A stretch of 64,000 nt of DNA from an uncultured Pseudomonadota bacterium (GTDB taxonomy: Bacteria > Babelota > Babeliae > Babelales > RVW-14): positions 59,021-123,020 of the forward strand of contig CAZBMD010000001.1 of assembly GCA_964493325.1 (NCBI GenBank), read 5' to 3'. Positions 37,291-46,235 of the stretch are shown here, in pieces. The position numbers and the translations under genes were made by a program. The notes under the pieces are model-generated. The model did no database searches and had not been told where the DNA came from. It was given only the letters and a program-made list of their open reading frames with translations. The first letter of the stretch is position 1. Every line of letters starts with the position of its first letter.

Positions 37291-38412
37291 ATGCTAAATG
37301 AAGCAAATAAACAACTTATCTTTGTGGCCTATGACGGGATCGGCAATTCCGTATTTTATAGTCAAGTCATCGCACCACTTCTAGACCTCATCAATCAATC
37401 AGCAAATCTTGAAGTAACTATCGTCTCTTTTGAATCAAAAAAAGTTAACTATCACAACCTTGCAGACATCATCCCTGCACACGAAAAACTCCACCTGGTG
37501 ATATGCCGGAAAATCCCATTTATAGGCAAGATAAGCTTACTATTTGCAACAGTGCAGTTATTTTGTGTTTTACGAAGACGACAGCCTTGTCATGAAATTA
37601 TTGCGCGCGGCCCTCTGGCTGGCTACATCGTTTACAAAGCTCTTTCGTGGTGGTCGACACTTGACCCTGCTCGCATGCGAGCAGATGCTGAAAAAACTTT
37701 TCCGTCTGTGATGGTGCAAGCTCGTGGACTTTGTGCCGAAGAATATCGATACACGCATAAAAATGAGAAGAGTAATTTTCTTGTTGCGTGGTGGCGCCAT
37801 CACATGTTTAAAATTTTTTGGAACATTGAGTTTGAAGTCTATCGCAGCAAACGCAAAACCGATTACCCAAACGATGTCACCATCGAATGCGTTAGCTCAG
37901 CACTCAAAGACCATTTAGAACATATTTTTAGGGCAGATCCTGCCAGAATAATACTGGCAATCAAAGATCTTCCAAAAGCACTTGAAAAAGAAAGTATTCA
38001 ACAATTTCGGCAAAAAGTGCGTGAAAAATTAAAAATCAGTGCTGACGCACCAGTATACTGCTACAGCGGTTCGTGGCGACCATGGCAATGTGCGGATAAA
38101 ACAGTTGAATATTTTGTTCAAGAATTTGCCAAAAACCCTCAAGCTTTTTTTCTTGTACTCAGCCAAGATAAAGCTCAATTTGAGCAGGAGTTAAAAAAAT
38201 ACAACGTACCAACAACAGCGTATGCAATTATCAAGGTACAACCAACAGAATTGCAAGAATACCTTGCTGCAGCAGATTTTGGCATGCTTCTACGGGAACC
38301 GGATATTATTAATTGGGTTTCGCGACCAACAAAAATGCTCGAATACCAAGCTGCAGGGCTGGAAATCATTCACAACAACACAGTTGCTTGGCTTACGCGC
38401 GAGAATCAATAA
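37291..38412 (+). CDS. putative GT-B fold glycosyltransferase
   Basis: 373 aa. The N-terminal LIFVAYDGIGNSVFYSQV and C-terminal PTKMLEYQAAGLEII resemble GT4-like enzymes. No exact family recognised. Confidence 0.45.
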   Translation: MLNEANKQLIFVAYDGIGNSVFYSQVIAPLLDLINQSANLEVTIVSFESKKVNYHNLADIIPAHEKLHLVICRKIPFIGKISLLFATVQLFCVLRRRQPCHEIIARGPLAGYIVYKALSWWSTLDPARMRADAEKTFPSVMVQARGLCAEEYRYTHKNEKSNFLVAWWRHHMFKIFWNIEFEVYRSKRKTDYPNDVTIECVSSALKDHLEHIFRADPARIILAIKDLPKALEKESIQQFRQKVREKLKISADAPVYCYSGSWRPWQCADKTVEYFVQEFAKNPQAFFLVLSQDKAQFEQELKKYNVPTTAYAIIKVQPTELQEYLAAADFGMLLREPDIINWVSRPTKMLEYQAAGLEIIHNNTVAWLTRENQ

Positions 38413-39274
38413 TTGACTGCCAGACGGCAAGAAATTCTTCAAACGAAAGCTGCTGAGCTCTCATGTGAGGCAAATGTTCAGGCATCTTGTCGAGCGAAAA
38501 ATGGGTTGATTTTAAATTATTGCGCAACGTCTGACGCGGAGATTTGAAGCAAAGTTTTAAGAATCTCCAGAATTCTTCCTCTTGAGGAATTGGCTTGAGT
38601 GATAACTTTGGTTTGAAATAAAGAAGCCGCGAAAAAACTTTTGGAGCTGGTTCAAAAGCACCTGGTTCAACTTTTTCCATTAGCTGCAAATCAAAGTGAT
38701 ATTGTAAAAAAAGTGAGGTAGATGAATAACCTTTGCCATGCGTTGCTACAATTTTTTGAGCAACTTCTTCCTGAACCATAATAACTCCCTCTTGGAAGAA
38801 TTCTTTGTGCTGCTGGATGCGGAAAATAATGGGAAAAGTTATTTGATAGGGCAAGTTTGCAAGTAATACTAATGGTTGACTCTCTGCCAAGATTGCTAAG
38901 TCTGCTTCCAAAATGTTTTTCAGCGTTATGTGCAAGCGAGGATCAGTAATTTTTTTCTGAACAAACGACGCCCATTCAGGATCAATTTCAAAACACTCCA
39001 GCTTCTTACATTTACTTTGCTGCAAAATAGCAGATGTTAAAAATCCATCACCACAGCCAATTTCCATGACGGTTGTTTCGGGAGTAATAGCAACCCTGTT
39101 AACCATATTATCGACAACAGAATGCTTACGTAAAAAGTTTTGACCAAAGGCCTTCTTTTTGCGCGGTAGAGATGGATCAAAATCCCCACCAGCCTTATCT
39201 TTTTTGTGATAAGGCTTGGGATAGTATCTGGATTTGTCGGATTTATCGCGTTGAAGCTTTTGTTTATTTTTCAT
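38393..39274 (-). CDS. rsmA: 16S rRNA (adenine1518/1519-N6)-dimethyltransferase RsmA/KsgA
   Basis: FGQNFL, EIGCGDGFLT and NLPYQIT motifs. Has a Lys-rich N-terminal extension of about 40 aa. The 3' end overlaps the convergent GT gene by 20 nt. Confidence 0.9.
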   Translation of the reverse strand: MKNKQKLQRDKSDKSRYYPKPYHKKDKAGGDFDPSLPRKKKAFGQNFLRKHSVVDNMVNRVAITPETTVMEIGCGDGFLTSAILQQSKCKKLECFEIDPEWASFVQKKITDPRLHITLKNILEADLAILAESQPLVLLANLPYQITFPIIFRIQQHKEFFQEGVIMVQEEVAQKIVATHGKGYSSTSLFLQYHFDLQLMEKVEPGAFEPAPKVFSRLLYFKPKLSLKPIPQEEEFWRFLKLCFKSPRQTLRNNLKSTHFSLDKMPEHLPHMRAQQLSFEEFLAVWQSIIDSRA

Positions 39275-39352
39275 AAATTTTAATATATCAGAAAATTAGT
39301 AGATTGTGAAAAATGAACAGCAGGTTTATTCTACCCGCAAAATGTCGCAAAG

Positions 39353-39381
39353 TTGACAGATTGAATAATTACCATTAAAAT
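39353..39381 (+). promoter_or_regulatory. sigma70-type promoter for ssrA
   Basis: TTGACA (39353-39358), a 17-nt spacer, then TAAAAT (39376-39381), about 25 nt upstream of the mature tmRNA 5' end. Confidence 0.5.
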
Positions 39382-39406
39382 AGCACTATCGATCTTTGAA
39401 AAATTT

Positions 39407-39790
39407 GGGGGCGTAACGGTCTCGACGTGATATTGTGCGTTTTGAGAGCATGCCGAGTTTTGTATGTAATCTCGTAAAAAACATTCCAAAAACAAGTGCT
39501 AATACACTTAACATGAGCTTCGGCTCACAGCCTAGTCACGTATACGCTTAACGCTTAACGTACTAGCGCTCTTGTAAGAACAGCGTGTCTATCAGTTGGG
39601 CTTACTCGTATTAATCAGATAGAACATTCTTGAAAGAATTTTTGGTAGGGTATCAAGATTGTATCACAGAACCGACTCTTATTTAGATCCTGCTCTTGGG
39701 AGCGAATAAGAAAATAATCAAGAGCTAAGCATGTAGCGCTTTTAGCGGTCAGTTTTACGGACATGGGTTCGACTCCCATCGCCTCCACCA
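39407..39790 (+). ncRNA. ssrA: tmRNA (SsrA)
   Basis: 5' GGGGGCGTAACGGTCTCGACG and 3' GGGTTCGACTCCCATCGCCTCCACCA. The acceptor pairing includes G3:U. Inferred tag reading frame is 39498-39551. Confidence 0.9.
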
Positions 39791-40010
39791 AATTTTTCTT
39801 TCTTTCAACCAATCGTTCCCTCCAATCCAATACAGGCTTTCTAACATCCCTCCTTTTTCAGAGCTCTATTTTTTTTCAAATTGATTATATTACTACACAA
39901 ATCAATATAAGATGCACTCTTTTTATTTTGACAAAATTGTTATTATTTGAAATAGTTTATTCTTAAATGGCTTTAAATAAACAATATTAACAATTCAGGA
40001 TAAAATAATC

Positions 40011-40430
40011 ATGTGCAATAAAATGCTTGCAGTAATTGTTATCAGCGTATTTCAAATAACAATTCAGCTTTCTGGAATGATTCCTTTTTCATTCAGCGAC
40101 ATTCAAACAAACCCATTTGAAAGTAATAAAGAAATTTATCAACCATGGAATGAAGTGAACCTTGATAAAGAATTTACAAATAACCTGATTTCTACATCAG
40201 AAGAACTCATCAATTTTGTGAGCCAAAATGATTCATTAATTAATGAATTTAAACAGTTTGTTCTCCTGACTAAACTCAATCAACTCAACAATACGCAGCA
40301 TGAAGTAAAATTACATCCGGACTGGCAGGAAGTCTTTAATAACCTTCCCTGTGATATAAAGAATGCGCTTTCAGATGACATCATCAACGAATGCTCTCTA
40401 ACAGACAGTGAAACTGAAGATTATGAATAA
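40011..40430 (+). CDS. small secreted protein sharing a C-terminal module with the downstream WD40 protein
   Basis: 139 aa with a signal peptide. The FKQFVLLTKLN...LHPDWQEVFNNLP...DIIN block aligns with the C-terminus of the next ORF. Its stop overlaps the next ATG (ATGAATAA). Confidence 0.6.
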   Translation: MCNKMLAVIVISVFQITIQLSGMIPFSFSDIQTNPFESNKEIYQPWNEVNLDKEFTNNLISTSEELINFVSQNDSLINEFKQFVLLTKLNQLNNTQHEVKLHPDWQEVFNNLPCDIKNALSDDIINECSLTDSETEDYE

Positions 40431-41916
40431 AAAATTAGCTGCAATAATCATAACGCTTTTGTTTCATTCTATTTCTCTCATAGGAAACCTACGCGCAGGC
40501 GTAAACTCATTGCAAAATCTCGCTTTTCAAAAAATCATAAACGAGCTGCGCAATACAAAAGTAAACTTGAACGAAGAAATTCCCTATAGCCTTAGAGATG
40601 AAAATTATTCCTATAACAAGAATCTTGATAGCATACTTCTTTCACAACAAAGCTATTTATTTGATAGATTAGTAAAACCTTTGCATACCTATTTTCCAAT
40701 TCTTGAAGAGCCGATCTGTGCTACACATATTGCCGGAATAGCCTCTCCCAACAACATTGATAAATCAGATATGATTCATTCGCTGATTCAGATAAAAAAC
40801 GGTGAATTAAAAGGCTATCTTGTTTCAGCATCTCATGAAAATTCTATCAAGGTCTTGAATCCTCATACTGGTGAATGCATAAGAACTCTTGAGGGACACA
40901 CTGGTGCAATAACTTCAGTCATTGAACTTGTTTATTTGGATGCCAATATTTCATCAAAAATTAGACAAAATTATATTGCATCAGCATCTCGTGACAATAC
41001 CATCAGAGTTTGGGATATTTTAACAGGTGAATGTATCCGTATTTTTGAAGCAGAAGATGCCTTCGTTATTATCGAACTAAAAAATGGCACTATTGCATCT
41101 GCAGGAAAAGAAATAAAGATCTGGGATACTTCTATAGGTGAGTGTATTGAGATTCTAAGAGAACACTCCGATAGAATTAGCTCCTTAGCTCAACTAAATA
41201 ATGATAATTTTCTCGCATCAGCCTCATTTGATGGCACAATCAAAATCTGGGATCTTTCTACAGGGCAATACATACGTATGCTTAATCATAATTACGACAG
41301 AATTCAACATTGGGCACTTTCTGTCATTCAGCTCAATAATGGCAATCTTGCATCTACATCAAGTGATAAAACTATTAAAATTTGGGACCCATTTACAGGT
41401 GAATGCATCCGCACACTAGAGGGACATGACGATTCGGTAACCTGCGTCATCCAACTCAGAAACGGTAATCTTATATCTGGATCTACCGATGGAACTATCA
41501 AAATCTGGGATCTTTCTAGAAACAAGGAAGATGAATGTCTAGCAACGCTAGACGGGCATACTAGCACAATAAAGACATTAGTTCAGCTTAATGACGGAAA
41601 TCTTGTTTCTGGATCGTACGATCGTACCATTAAACTATGGCATCTCTATTCCCCAGACATGCAAAAATTCAGTCTTAAGCAATATATTCTTCTGCTGCAT
41701 TTAAATAATTACAAAAACAATTATGAAACAATATCGCTTCATAACGAATGGTTAAAAATTTTTCAAACCCTACCTGAGAGCTGTCAGAACAAATTCCGTG
41801 CAATCATTCAAAATCAAGAAGACGATGATTATCAAGTAGGCTCAAAAAGAAAATATCTTAATGGTGAGACTCATTACCTATTAACCAAAAACAAAAACTT
41901 AAAATATGAATTATAG
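40423..41916 (+). CDS. WD40 beta-propeller protein (7 repeats) with signal peptide
   Basis: The ATG at 40423 gives MNKKLAAIIITLLFHSISLIG. Seven repeats have the form GH..-x-V..L...-SAS.D.TIK(I/V)WD..TGECIRTL. Confidence 0.8.
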   Translation: MNKKLAAIIITLLFHSISLIGNLRAGVNSLQNLAFQKIINELRNTKVNLNEEIPYSLRDENYSYNKNLDSILLSQQSYLFDRLVKPLHTYFPILEEPICATHIAGIASPNNIDKSDMIHSLIQIKNGELKGYLVSASHENSIKVLNPHTGECIRTLEGHTGAITSVIELVYLDANISSKIRQNYIASASRDNTIRVWDILTGECIRIFEAEDAFVIIELKNGTIASAGKEIKIWDTSIGECIEILREHSDRISSLAQLNNDNFLASASFDGTIKIWDLSTGQYIRMLNHNYDRIQHWALSVIQLNNGNLASTSSDKTIKIWDPFTGECIRTLEGHDDSVTCVIQLRNGNLISGSTDGTIKIWDLSRNKEDECLATLDGHTSTIKTLVQLNDGNLVSGSYDRTIKLWHLYSPDMQKFSLKQYILLLHLNNYKNNYETISLHNEWLKIFQTLPESCQNKFRAIIQNQEDDDYQVGSKRKYLNGETHYLLTKNKNLKYEL

Positions 41917-41945
41917 AGTCAAAATCTCATAAAAATTTCTGACTT

Positions 41946-42302
41946 TTATTTTTTAATTTTTGTCGAACGACCATGCGATTTTTCTACAGTATAACGTTGC
42001 TCAAGTTCTTCAAGCTTACTATGAATTGCTGACGTTAGATCGATATTATTCATATTACAAAATTGCAAAAGCAAGAGTGCAACATCTGCAATCTCATGCT
42101 CAATATCTTGACGATTTTTCTCCACAACTTCGTCTAATTCACTGTCTGGAGTAAATCTAAAATGCTCCATCAGCTCGCCTACTTCGATAGCCATACACAT
42201 GCTCAAATTTTTGGGCGTATGAAATTGCTCCCAGTTGCGGTCCCGAGAGAATTTTCTCATTTTATTTTTGAGCTCTTGAATAGTTTCTTTTTGATCTTTC
42301 AC
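41946..42302 (-). CDS. MazG-like nucleotide pyrophosphohydrolase (dCTP pyrophosphatase-like)
   Basis: 118 aa. FSRDRNWEQFHTPKNL, EVGELMEHF and EIADVALLLL match the all-alpha NTP-PPase pattern. Confidence 0.75.
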   Translation of the reverse strand: MKDQKETIQELKNKMRKFSRDRNWEQFHTPKNLSMCMAIEVGELMEHFRFTPDSELDEVVEKNRQDIEHEIADVALLLLQFCNMNNIDLTSAIHSKLEELEQRYTVEKSHGRSTKIKK

Positions 42303-42338
42303 GACTATATCTCTTTTTTTAATCTGAAAAGCTAGTAA

Positions 42339-42944
42339 TTATTTGTTCCACGGCATGTGTGCTAGCAATAAAGCCATTCCACACCAACCAGTTATCCCTG
42401 CAAACATTAATCCCATTCCGACAAATCCAGGCAATATATAAAATGCAGCATTAACAAAAGAGCCTAAAATTGTTCCCGAAAAAGCCAGAAATCCAGCTGC
42501 AAGTTGGGTTTGGCGATCAAGAGGCAATATGTTAGATCCACTTTTTTTAATATAAAAACCAGCACGCTCCCACGCTGCAATTCCGCCATCAAGAGAAGCT
42601 ATATCTAGCGAAGAATCTTGATTTAATAATTTTAAAGAAGCATCTAAACTTCGCCTTCCAGATTGACAATGAATTACAATTCGCCCCAATTTTGATGGTA
42701 ATTTTTCATGAGAAATTTCTGATAGAGGAATAAGAATTGACCCCTCTATACATTTAGATCGATACTCAGCTGGTTCACGAACATCAACTAGCAATACTTC
42801 GTTTTTATCAAGAAGTTTTTTTAAATCTTCTACTGAAATAGTTTTTACCATTGAATTACAATATATTTTTGATTGCTGTTCTGTAATAATACATGATATG
42901 TGCATCAAACAAAAAATAACAATCAACACTCTTTTTAAAAACAT
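42339..42944 (-). CDS. rhodanese-domain protein with C-terminal membrane domain (YgaP-like)
   Basis: Signal/anchor, a rhodanese fold with active-site loop HCQSGRRS, and two C-terminal TM helices. Confidence 0.75.
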   Translation of the reverse strand: MFLKRVLIVIFCLMHISCIITEQQSKIYCNSMVKTISVEDLKKLLDKNEVLLVDVREPAEYRSKCIEGSILIPLSEISHEKLPSKLGRIVIHCQSGRRSLDASLKLLNQDSSLDIASLDGGIAAWERAGFYIKKSGSNILPLDRQTQLAAGFLAFSGTILGSFVNAAFYILPGFVGMGLMFAGITGWCGMALLLAHMPWNK

Positions 42945-43061
42945 AAATTATCCTCTAAGCAACTAATCAACGGCAAGTTCTTAAAGAACAAGACTACACC
43001 TTAAACAATTAAATAAAAGAGACACTCGTCTAACATATTTATTTCAAAAAATAATAACAAA

Positions 43062-43160
43062 AATTAACTCAAATCACCACGAAACATAAACGAAACAGAG
43101 ATTTTGAGTGCAACTGTTTTGTCTTCTTCAATCACGCATTAAATAGAGCCACCAGGAGCA
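43062..43160 (-). pseudogene. decayed duplicate of the dapF 3' end
   Basis: The terminal 23 nt (43062-43084) are identical to dapF 44303-44325, covering codons FRGDLS, the stop and 2 nt beyond. A further 75 nt or so align at roughly 50-70% identity by eye (for example ttgaagaaga, ggctc) with frame disruptions. Confidence 0.7.
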
Positions 43161-43260
43161 CACATCTCCTTGCAAAACAAACCTGAATGCGATATTTTAC
43201 AATAAAATTAAAATAGAATTGATAGCCGTAATAAATCAAACAAATAATGAAAGAAAAGTA

Positions 43261-44301
43261 ATGAAAAATAATCGCATATTATGCGCCTTAATGTTGTTAT
43301 TTGGATTGATCAGTTCATCGCATGGAGCTTTTATTCCGTTAATAAACGAGATACAGCAAGTTCATGCTCCCACAATTATCGAAGCATCACCAGGAAACGT
43401 TCTTATTGCTTTTTATGGCGGACAAAAGGTAAACAATCCTAACAACAAAGGAACAAATGATTGCTCTATTTGGTTAACAAGTTTCTGCCTCCAAACAGGT
43501 TGGTGGGATTCTCCTCTACAAGTTGCATCAGGTATCGAGGTATTTGAAAAATCAATAGCATGCTGGGACCCTGTTTTGTGCAAACTAGCTTCTGGAAAAA
43601 TCTATCTTTTTTACAAAATAGGCACAGATACCGCATCGTGGACAGGCTTTGTAAAATCTTCAGATGATAACGGACTTACCTGGTCAAAACCGCAATGTCT
43701 TGCTCAATTTGACGTTACAGGACCTCATAAATGCAAGCCTGTTATTACTCAGGACGCGCTCCTTTGTCCCGCAAGCAGAGCAAGTGAAGGTTTTCGAGCA
43801 GGATGTGTTGAGCGAGCAACTCATGACCTTGAGGTATGGGAAGTCAGCAACCTGATAACAAGCGACCAGGAAAAAGCCTTTTTGCAGCAGCCAACAATCT
43901 TTCAAACGAAAAATAACACCATTCACCTTATTTTTCGATCACGTAACTTGCCCTGCCTGTACACCTCGTCATATAAAAATGGAGGATGTACACATCCTAT
44001 AGAGACCAACCTTGCCGGCTCAGACTCAAGCCTTGATACACTCACACTTGATGATGGACGAGTATTACTTGCGTATAATGATATTCAAGGAAGCGGTCGC
44101 CACCGACTTGTTTTGATGCAGTGCCAGAACAACGAATGCACGCAATGGAAGCAGGTGAAAGTTATTGCAGAATCAAATGATTCATCAAAAATATTTTGCT
44201 ACCCATCAATGATTCAAGACTCTCATGGAATGATACACCTTGTGTATATTCAAGACTACGAAAAAATCTGTTATGAAATTATAGATCCAAGCAGCCTTTG
44301 A
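43261..44301 (+). CDS. BNR/Asp-box sialidase-family protein (exo-alpha-sialidase-like), secreted
   Basis: The ATG at 43261 is followed by a signal peptide. HAPTIIEASPGNVLIAFYGG, CWDPVL, LFYKIG and the Asp-box SSDDNGLTW match the BNR_2 sialidase-like family. Confidence 0.75.
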   Translation: MKNNRILCALMLLFGLISSSHGAFIPLINEIQQVHAPTIIEASPGNVLIAFYGGQKVNNPNNKGTNDCSIWLTSFCLQTGWWDSPLQVASGIEVFEKSIACWDPVLCKLASGKIYLFYKIGTDTASWTGFVKSSDDNGLTWSKPQCLAQFDVTGPHKCKPVITQDALLCPASRASEGFRAGCVERATHDLEVWEVSNLITSDQEKAFLQQPTIFQTKNNTIHLIFRSRNLPCLYTSSYKNGGCTHPIETNLAGSDSSLDTLTLDDGRVLLAYNDIQGSGRHRLVLMQCQNNECTQWKQVKVIAESNDSSKIFCYPSMIQDSHGMIHLVYIQDYEKICYEIIDPSSL

Positions 44302-44302
44302 T

Positions 44303-44325
44303 AATTAACTCAAATCACCACGAAA
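44303..44325. repeat. 23-nt exact direct repeat (copy 2; copy 1 at 43062-43084)
   Basis: AATTAACTCAAATCACCACGAAA occurs at 43062-43084 and 44303-44325, bracketing the sialidase-like gene. The flanking bases differ on both sides. Confidence 0.9.
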
Positions 44326-45135
44326 AGCAATTGCTGCAGAAGCCTTGAGAATAACATTGCCATCTTCTTCAACTGTACACTCAACTGAGCCCCCAAGCAT
44401 GGTAATAAAAAAAGTCTGATTGATTTCAACTTTACCAAGTTGCGCCAAAAGACCAGCTACTGCCGCAGCGCCAGAACTGCACGCAAGCGTTATACCGCAG
44501 CCACGCTCATACACAAGCACTTGAAAATGAGTAGAATCAATTTGCCAAACAAATTCAACATTAGTTTTACAAGGGAAGCTGACATGCTGTTCAATGACAC
44601 GTCCATACTGCGTTAGCCATGCCAATTCTACTTGCTGAAAAACAATAAAATGAGGGTTGCCTATTTCGACGGTGTAGCCAGAAAAATTACCTACTGACGT
44701 TTTAATTGAATGTTCTATACCAACGGAAGGACTCCCGACATTGGTCAAAATTTGAATTTCAACTCCCGGCTTTTTTTCATCAACAACGGTGCACGTAACT
44801 TCTCGCTGACCAAATTTAATAACAAAATTTTTGGGGAAATTGTACGTCGTGTACAAGTGAAACGCAACACAGCGCAGTCCATTCAAACAGTTTTCTGCAG
44901 ATGTTCCATCGCAATTAAAAACAAGCATCTCGGGTAAACCAAGCGTCGGATTGCTTTTGACAACCAAAACTCCATCAGCTCCCACTCCGTAGTGCCTATC
45001 GCAAATTTTTTGTACTTGCTCGGTAAAGCCAACGGCAGCAAGATCACTTTCTAAATAAAAAGATGCTCGCTTGTACCAATCAAATAAAATAAAATCGTTA
45101 CCAAGCGACTGATATTTAAAAAAATTATTGAGCAT
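44305..45135 (-). CDS. dapF: diaminopimelate epimerase
   Basis: The ATG at 45135 gives MLNNFFKYQSLGNDFILFD. Has GNPHFIVF and the catalytic Cys regions NCDGTSAENCLNGLRC and ERGCGITLACSSGAAA. Confidence 0.9.
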   Translation of the reverse strand: MLNNFFKYQSLGNDFILFDWYKRASFYLESDLAAVGFTEQVQKICDRHYGVGADGVLVVKSNPTLGLPEMLVFNCDGTSAENCLNGLRCVAFHLYTTYNFPKNFVIKFGQREVTCTVVDEKKPGVEIQILTNVGSPSVGIEHSIKTSVGNFSGYTVEIGNPHFIVFQQVELAWLTQYGRVIEQHVSFPCKTNVEFVWQIDSTHFQVLVYERGCGITLACSSGAAAVAGLLAQLGKVEINQTFFITMLGGSVECTVEEDGNVILKASAAIAFRGDLS

Positions 45136-46114
45136 GATACTCACGAGAAAAATTGGGTTGCTGATTTGTATTTGAGAGCTTTTCTGAATTTTGGTGTAAC
45201 CCAAAAACTTTGCTCAGATATGCGCGACCGGAGTCTGCAAGGATAACAACAACTACATCAGAAGGTTGTAATTTTTTGCAATACTGCAGAGCAACATGCA
45301 TAACAGCTCCGCTACTTATCCCCATCAATAGTCCATGCTTTTGAGCAAGCGTACGCGTCATTGCAAACGCATCATCATCGGAAATTGGCAAAATTTCATC
45401 AACCACGGACTGGTCAAACGTATCTGAAATAACATCTATACCAAGACCCTCAACATTGTAAGCTTTTGGCTCTTTGCTTGAATACATGGATGTTGCCGCG
45501 TCAATACCAATAATTTTTACAGCAGGATTTTGCTCTTTAAGATAACGACCAATGCCCGACATGGTACCACAGCTACCAGCGCCCATAAAAACATGAGTCA
45601 CCGTGCCGCTTGTTTGTTGCCAAATTTCAGGTCCAGTTGTTGAGTAGTGCGCAAGCGGATTGGATTTATTAAAATACTGATTTGGCATAAACGCACCAGG
45701 TATGGTTTGAGCAAGACGCACGGCAAGCGTATGATAATTTGAAGGGTCGTCATGAGAGTCGGTATTTGGGCACACATGAACTTCGGCACCGTAGGCACGC
45801 AAAACAGCTACTTTTTCGCTCGATGTTCGATCGGGCACCGTGATGATAACTCGATAACCTTTGACCTTACCAATCATCGAAAGAGCTATTCCCTGATTGC
45901 CCGATGATGCTTCAACAATAGTTCCACCTGGCTTAAGTTTGCCATTGCGCTCTGCTTCTTCAATCATAAAAAGTGCACAACGGTCTTTGATGCTTCCTCC
46001 TGGATTGAGGTATTCCAGTTTAGCAAGAAGCAACGGCGCTGTTCCTAAATCAAGGCGTACAATAGGAGTATTACCAATCGCCTCAAGAAAATTTTTGTAT
46101 GTATTTTGTGTCAT
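45125..46114 (-). CDS. cysK: PLP-dependent cysteine synthase family protein
   Basis: LEYLNPGGSIKDRCA (PLP Lys), EASSGNQG and GAGSCGTMSG. Overlaps the dapF start by 11 nt. Confidence 0.85.
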   Translation of the reverse strand: MTQNTYKNFLEAIGNTPIVRLDLGTAPLLLAKLEYLNPGGSIKDRCALFMIEEAERNGKLKPGGTIVEASSGNQGIALSMIGKVKGYRVIITVPDRTSSEKVAVLRAYGAEVHVCPNTDSHDDPSNYHTLAVRLAQTIPGAFMPNQYFNKSNPLAHYSTTGPEIWQQTSGTVTHVFMGAGSCGTMSGIGRYLKEQNPAVKIIGIDAATSMYSSKEPKAYNVEGLGIDVISDTFDQSVVDEILPISDDDAFAMTRTLAQKHGLLMGISSGAVMHVALQYCKKLQPSDVVVVILADSGRAYLSKVFGLHQNSEKLSNTNQQPNFSREYHAQ

Positions 46115-46130
46115 AAAAAAGACCGATCAG

Positions 46131-46167
46131 AAAAAATAAACTAAGCATGTGATGTCTGCTTAGTTTA
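46131..46167 (-). terminator. intrinsic terminator after 46236..47066
   Basis: 11-bp stem taaactaagca/tgcttagttta (46137-46147 / 46157-46167) followed on the minus strand by a T-run. Confidence 0.55.
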
Positions 46168-46235
46168 AAGAGTTTGCAGGACAATTGAAGTATTTAGTAG
46201 TGAAAGTTTTCACTTCTCGCTTGTTCATCAAAACT

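Noticed and set aside
39615-39830. 71-aa minus-strand ORF (and the 39763..39966 plus-strand ORF)
   Set aside because: It overlaps the 3' half of the tmRNA gene, including the T-arm and acceptor. The RNA gene explains the region.
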